NCBI RefSeq assembly: GCF_018350175.1
Contig: NC_058369.1
Span: forward strand, 16,308,001-16,372,000
Reading direction: 5' to 3'
Source of the DNA: Felis catus
Lineage: Eukaryota
DNA length: 64,000 nucleotides
In this document: piece by piece, positions 58,538 to 64,000 of the stretch
Layout: each line of letters starts with the position of its first letter
How positions within the stretch are numbered: position 1 is the first letter of the stretch
Notes under the pieces: generated by a model
Told to the model about the DNA's origin: nothing
The model's input: only the letters and a program-made list of their open reading frames with translations
Database searches by the model: none
Program-made: the position numbers and the translations under genes

Positions 58538-58588
58538 GTGGATGAGTGAATGAGTGAATGAATGGATGGATGGATGGATGGATGGATT
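58538..58588. repeat. (GAAT/GGAT)n simple repeat
   Basis: Direct reading. Confidence 0.8.
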
Positions 58589-60635
58589 ACAATGAGCCTT
58601 AGACCTAGAAAGGCTAGGCCTCATTCAAGGGTTTCTTTCCAGGGGTTGGGGGAGATGTCGATTGCAGATTTTTCTCTGTGAGATTTTCTCAAAACCTAAA
58701 AATTGACTTGTAAGGTCTTATTTTGCCAACTAAAGACATGAAAACAACAGCCACCAGCTACCGTCAGCATTGTTTGGTAAACAAAAGGATATTCTCAAGA
58801 CAAAAAAAAAAAGGAGGCCACAGGAGATCTTGGAAGAAAGACAAGCAGGCCTTAAAGATGGATAAATTGAGCTTCATGGAAAGGCCATGGGCCACCAACA
58901 TGGGCCTTACTTTTTTCTCATGAAAACGTTCTTGGATATTGTCACAAGCTGGGCCCTGGGGCTTGGGGACACCCCAATGCTTCCAAACTCTACCAGCACA
59001 AGAACCCCTTTAGCAGCCTTCCTGACTAGAATGGGTTTCCCTGTGCTTGCACACTCCTTGGGGCAAGGTGCTCACTACCTCTCCCAGTTAGCTCCAGAGC
59101 TGGGGCTGCCATTCTGGAGCACCTTTAAGTGGCTTCTAGGCTTACCATGGAAGGAAGGGAGGGGAAAAGACCAGAAGACGAATGAAGTGAGGTAGAAGAG
59201 ATGCTGAGGGGAGGGAAGATCGAGGCCTCCAGACCCAGGGTATGGGACTGGTGGGGGAAAAGGGGAGCTCATCATATTCAGCTGGAAGTATAAAAATCAG
59301 AAAGTTGGCCAAGACCTAAGACTTCCCAAGGACCACTGTCTTCCCATCTCTGGAGTTCCAGAGTCTTCCGACATTCCACCCCCAATCCTCTAGAAAGGCT
59401 CTGGCGTGCTCATTCCCACCAAGACCTCCCCGGATAGGTGGGTGAGGTACCCAGACCTATAGGCCAGAGAAGGGAACACAGATTGGAAGAAAACTGTGGA
59501 ATCCCAGGAGTCCTCAGCTAGGCAGGGGAAGAGGGGGCTGGCAGGGGCCCCCTCCCAGCCCTGACCTTCTAGGACCTCCCCTGTCGGAGGGGCCCTGGGC
59601 CCTGGCTGCTGAGACCGGAGGGGGCATGTTGGGCGGTCGGCCCCAGGGAGCCTCATGTACACACACTCACACACTCCCCACATTCCAGCTGTGCTCTGTC
59701 AGTGTTTGGGCAAACCAGGATTGTGCGGCTTTGGGAAAGCGGGAACAAATAACCCCCAAACTTGGGTGAGGGCGGGCCTGGGGCTGGGTGGAAGGGACCT
59801 GGGAGAACCCCAGGGAGCCTCTTCTGTGCCGGGGTCACCGGGTTCAAGGTCTGGGGTTTTCCTGCTGTTCTCTGAGGCGACCGGGCCGGCAGTCCTGGGG
59901 TGTGGCTAGGCCGGCACCCACAGGCTCCTCTGCACCCCCTCCCCTCAGCACTCCCCACCACCCACAGCTTCAGGACGGACAGCAGAGCCTCCCGCCTGGT
60001 GTCCCCAAGCACATACTTTCACAGCAATGAGGGCTGCCTGTCACACCCGCCACCGCCTGATTTCTTTGGCCTCTCCTCCTATCTCCCCCACATCCTCCCC
60101 CCCACCCTGCCTCTGATTTCATACACTCTGTGGCTTGGACCCTTTGACTCCGCCTCTGATTTCTCTTAACATCTTCATCAGCTTTCTGTCGGCCCCTCTG
60201 CCGCTGAGTGCTTTGAGCCCTAGTGTCCCCTTTCTCATGCCTGCAGCCTGATTTCTTTCCTTCTCGTGAGATTTTCCTTCTCGTAATATTTGATGTCTTC
60301 AAGACCCTGCCCGACTTCATTCTACCTCAGCCTGAGATTCTGACCTTCTCAGCCCCTCACTTAGTGCTATCTGACCCATGTCCCCGTGGTGACCTCACGA
60401 TCCCTGAGGATGGTGTTTGGAGAGAGGACGCAGGGCGTAGCAGGCTACCAGGAGCCGGAAGCAGCCATGCAGGGACGTCAGAGCAGAGGAGGGACAGTTG
60501 GTTCTAGGGTCCTGAGGCTGAACTCTGCCCCTGGCCCCCGGTTTTCCCTGGCTGCCCCACTGACTCTCTGGATCAGCCTGGACCAGGACCGAAACCAGAG
60601 GGGAATATTTCTGCCACCTTAGAAAGACCTCAGAG

Positions 60636-60853
60636 GGGGCACCTGGGTGACTCAGTTAAGCATCCGACTTCAGCTCAGGCCATGATCTCACTGTCTGTGG
60701 GTTCAAGCCCTGCATTGGGCTCTGTGCTGACAGCTCAGAGTTCCTTCGGATTCTGTGTCTCCCCCTCTCTCTGCTCCTCCCCTGCTCACACGCTGTCTCT
60801 CTCTCTCTCTCTTTCAAAATAATAAATAAACATTAAAAAAAATTTTTTTTAAA
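60636..60853 (+). mobile_element. SINEC_Fc-type SINE
   Basis: Consensus match; TSD-like acctcagag. Confidence 0.88.
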
Positions 60854-63059
60854 GAACAACCTCAGAGATCAGGCTTCAGACCAGATGGGGTAAGTGAGAC
60901 ATAGAGAGACCCCAGATCAGACCCCACCTTACAGGGCACGTGACCAGGCACTTGAGACGTGGAGGGGACCAGGCCAATAAGGGGGCAAACCCTTTGTCCC
61001 CTCCCATCCCTTGCCACCGGCCACAGGGCCACAGGCTAGACCACCCTGCTTGAGGGGACAGCTGGGACAGTGTGCAACTGTGGGAAGGCCACAACCCGGC
61101 TGGCAGTGCTGTCCCCCCCGGCCCAGCACTGACTCGGCAGAGCCCCCTAGCACATACGCACTTTAACATGCGTGCAGACACACACAGACATGCACACGCG
61201 GGGGAACACACACGTGCCCATATGCACAGACGAGCAGCACACACATATACAGGTATGCATACGGGCAACTCATGCACTCACAGGCACAGACACAAACACA
61301 CAGGCCCGCTTGTGGGCACACGCATGCACAGACACACGGGGACACACAGAGATACACATTCCACCCAGCCGAGGCGGGGGGGAGAGGGGATGCTGAGTGA
61401 GGAAAACTCTCACCCCTGCAGCTGAGTGGCTCCCCTGGAACCCTCCACCCATCCACTGCGACGCTTGTACCTACAGCTGGTGGCCGGAGCCCACACGTGG
61501 TCAGCACAGCCATATACAAGAGGCAAAAAAAGGCCCAGAGGGGCAACATGACCATGACTGGGATAGAGACATGTTCCGAGGGGAGTCCCAACGAGTGGGA
61601 CCAAACCACCCCAGCCAGAGCTTATCAGACACAACAGCCCCTGCTGTACCCCGCCAGCCACCTCCAGCCTGCCCCCTCATCCACACAGGAAGACCGGTGG
61701 GTTCGGGCTGCAGAGTGTCTTAGGGGAACACGTGAGACGCTCCCTTCCACTGCCAGACCAAGCCGAGGGGGGTGGTAGCTCCCAGGAACTAAGGCAGGCT
61801 GGGAGCCCCGCAGGACCATTCTGGAAGGGGCAGGCATTCTCGAGAGAGCAACGTATCCCCTGGGATCCAGGAGAGACGTGAACTTGGAGGCAGGGTCGCT
61901 TCTTGCCTGGAGATGACAGGTGTGATCCCTGCCTGCAGGACTCCGGCCCAGGGTGAGCATCCCCAGAAAGAAAAAGCTGGGATGTCCCAGTCCCATGCGG
62001 CCCCTGGAGACTTCTGAAAGAGAGCTCAGCAGTTCCCCGGCTTGGCGTCCGGGAATGAGGTGGCTGGGGCAGGCAGGAAGTGGGGGCTGCCCAGAAGGGT
62101 ATCGGTCAGTCACGTGGCTCCCTGCCCTGATTGTAACCAGCGGGAGGCCCTGCTTTTCTGTGAGGGTCCTCAGCCACCATTTGTCCTGGGAGGCTAGCCA
62201 GAGTCCAGCAAGGTCACACGTACTCGGGAGGCACCCCCACTAACAGAGGCCACCGCACGCTGCCCCACCAGCCAGCCAGACGCCCCGCCATAAACGAGCA
62301 GGCCCCAGTCCCTCTCCTGCCGCCCCAGACACGATCTGGGGCTGGGGCGGACTGCGTTGAGACAAGGAAAGGAACCGGAAAGCCTCAAAACCTGCCCAAG
62401 ATGTTGTTGAGACTGGTTTCAAAGTGATCTGCAGTCTGACTGCCTCTCATCTCCACCGGGCCAAGCTGCTGCCTCTCGTCTGTTTTCCTCTCCTGGACCC
62501 TCCTACCTTATCACTCTGCTTCTGCTAGTGTCCCCCAGGCTATTCTCCACGTGGCAGCCAGAGTGATGCTGATAAAACATCTCCCCGGAGCACCCACCAA
62601 AGCCCATCCCGTGGCCACAGGCCCTCTGTCACCTCTCTGACTCGGGTCCCACCACCTCCCCCATGGCACTGCCTGCTCCCGCTCAGCGTCCTTGTGCCCT
62701 CTGCGGGAATGTCTTCCCTCGATGCTGCCCGGGGCAAATGCCGACGTGCCCCACGCGGATGTTCCAGCCTGCCTAGGAGGCCCTGCCTCAACCAGTGAGG
62801 ACAGGAGTAGCTGCATAGCCTGATTCCCTTATCCCCTCAGTAGGACAGCCAGCCATCTTCTGGAGGCCCCCAGTGGGGCTGAGCCCCTACTGTCTGCAGC
62901 GCTCTCTGCTCCCATGTGCCCCACAGAGACTTCCTTTCCTTCCAGCTGCTCTCCCATGCTCCCTGGGGTCACCTCCCAGGGAGACCACTTGCATGCAGGC
63001 CCCTGTCTCAGCTGAGACATTCCATCTCTCCTTTCTTGTTTTTTTTTTTTTTCTCTTCT

Positions 63060-63960
63060 TTAACAACTCTCATTCTCCCCTCCCCCTGCAACTGCATTCT
63101 TTCTGTCTCTATGAATTTGAGGACTCAAGGTACCTCATTCAAGTGGAATCACACAACATTTGTCCATACCTGGCCTATTTCACTCAGCAGAACATCCTCA
63201 AATTTCATCCATGTTGTAACAAGTGCCAGATTGTCCTTCCTTTTTCGGGGCCGAATAACAGTCCATTGTGTGTATACACATCCATCCGTCCGTCCGTGGG
63301 CGCTTGGCTGTTTCCACCTTGGGCCTATGGTGAATAATGGCTCTATGAACATTGACGTGCGAGTACCTCTTTGTCCCTGCTTTCAATTCTTTCGGGCATG
63401 TACTTAGAAATGGAATTGCTGGGGGGCGCCCAGGTGGCGCAGTCGGTTAAGCGTCCGACTTCAGCCAGGTCACGATCTCACGGTCCGTGAGTTCGAGCCC
63501 CGCGTCAGGCTCTGGGCTGATGGCTCAGAGCCTGGAGCCTGTTTCCGATTCTGTGTCTCCCTCTCTCTCTGCCCCTCCCCCGTTCATGCTCTGTCTCTCT
63601 CTGTCCCAAAAATAAATAAACGTTGAAAAAAAAAATTAAAAAAAAAAAAAGAAATGGAATTGCTGGAATCATATGGCAACGTGTTTTTAATTTTGCGATG
63701 ACCCTCCGTGGCGTCTTCCACAGCCGCTGCACCATTTTACATTCCCACCGACAGCACCCACGGGTCCCAGTCTCTCCACATTCTCGCCAACGCTTGTTGT
63801 GTTCGTGGGTAATCGTCATCCTAATGGGCGTGAGGTGGTATCCCGTAGTGGTCTGGATTTGCATTTCCCCAACTAGGGATGTTGAACATCCGTTCACATG
63901 CTAATTGGCCATTTGTAGCCCTTCTTTGGAGGAATGTCTATTCAAGTCTTGCCCTGTTTT
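63060..63960 (-). mobile_element. Antisense L1 3' region with a nested young SINEC_Fc (+, 63422-63651)
   Basis: Minus-strand ORFs give L1-like peptides (TTGYHLTPIRM...WECKMVQRLWK; MFI...WKQP); SINE TSD agaaatggaattgctgg. Confidence 0.85.
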
Positions 63961-64000
63961 GTTTTGTTTTTTAATTTTAGAGAGAAAGAGTGCCCGTGCG

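Noticed and set aside
61150..61360. His/Thr-rich and Cys/Val-rich ORFs
   Set aside because: Translation of a degenerate (CA)n-rich tract.
54100..64000. MYL3 or PTH1R exons expected from synteny
   Set aside because: No myosin light chain or class B GPCR peptide seen; these genes probably lie beyond the window.

Overview
Mammalian genomic DNA from a carnivore, most likely a felid, judged from the many tRNA-derived SINEC_Fc-type SINEs. The window covers the testis-specific serine protease (TESSP) cluster. All genes are on the minus strand. From left to right: the first coding exon of PRSS46 (rest off-window), a complete 6-exon PRSS45 (310 aa, with a 27-bp micro-exon), a complete 5-exon PRSS44 (371 aa) and a complete 5-exon PRSS42 (348 aa). 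I built the exon models by hand from GT-AG sites; all are frame-consistent. Gene names come from recalled similarity to human/mouse orthologues and gene order, not from a database search. PRSS43 appears to be missing from its expected position. The most notable signal is a ~617-bp, ~98% identical, indel-free block shared by PRSS44 and PRSS42 (last codons plus nearly the whole 3'UTR), although the rest of the two genes is strongly diverged; this suggests gene conversion. Other signals are CTCF/BORIS-like and NRF1 motifs at the PRSS44/42 starts, an E-box array at the PRSS45 promoter, and an orphan CpG island at ~53 kb with a phase-1 splice donor facing the cluster. The rest is mostly SINE, L1, L2, ERVL/MaLR and hAT repeats; their boundaries are approximate and family names were assigned by eye. 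No protein-coding gene was recognised in 54-64 kb.
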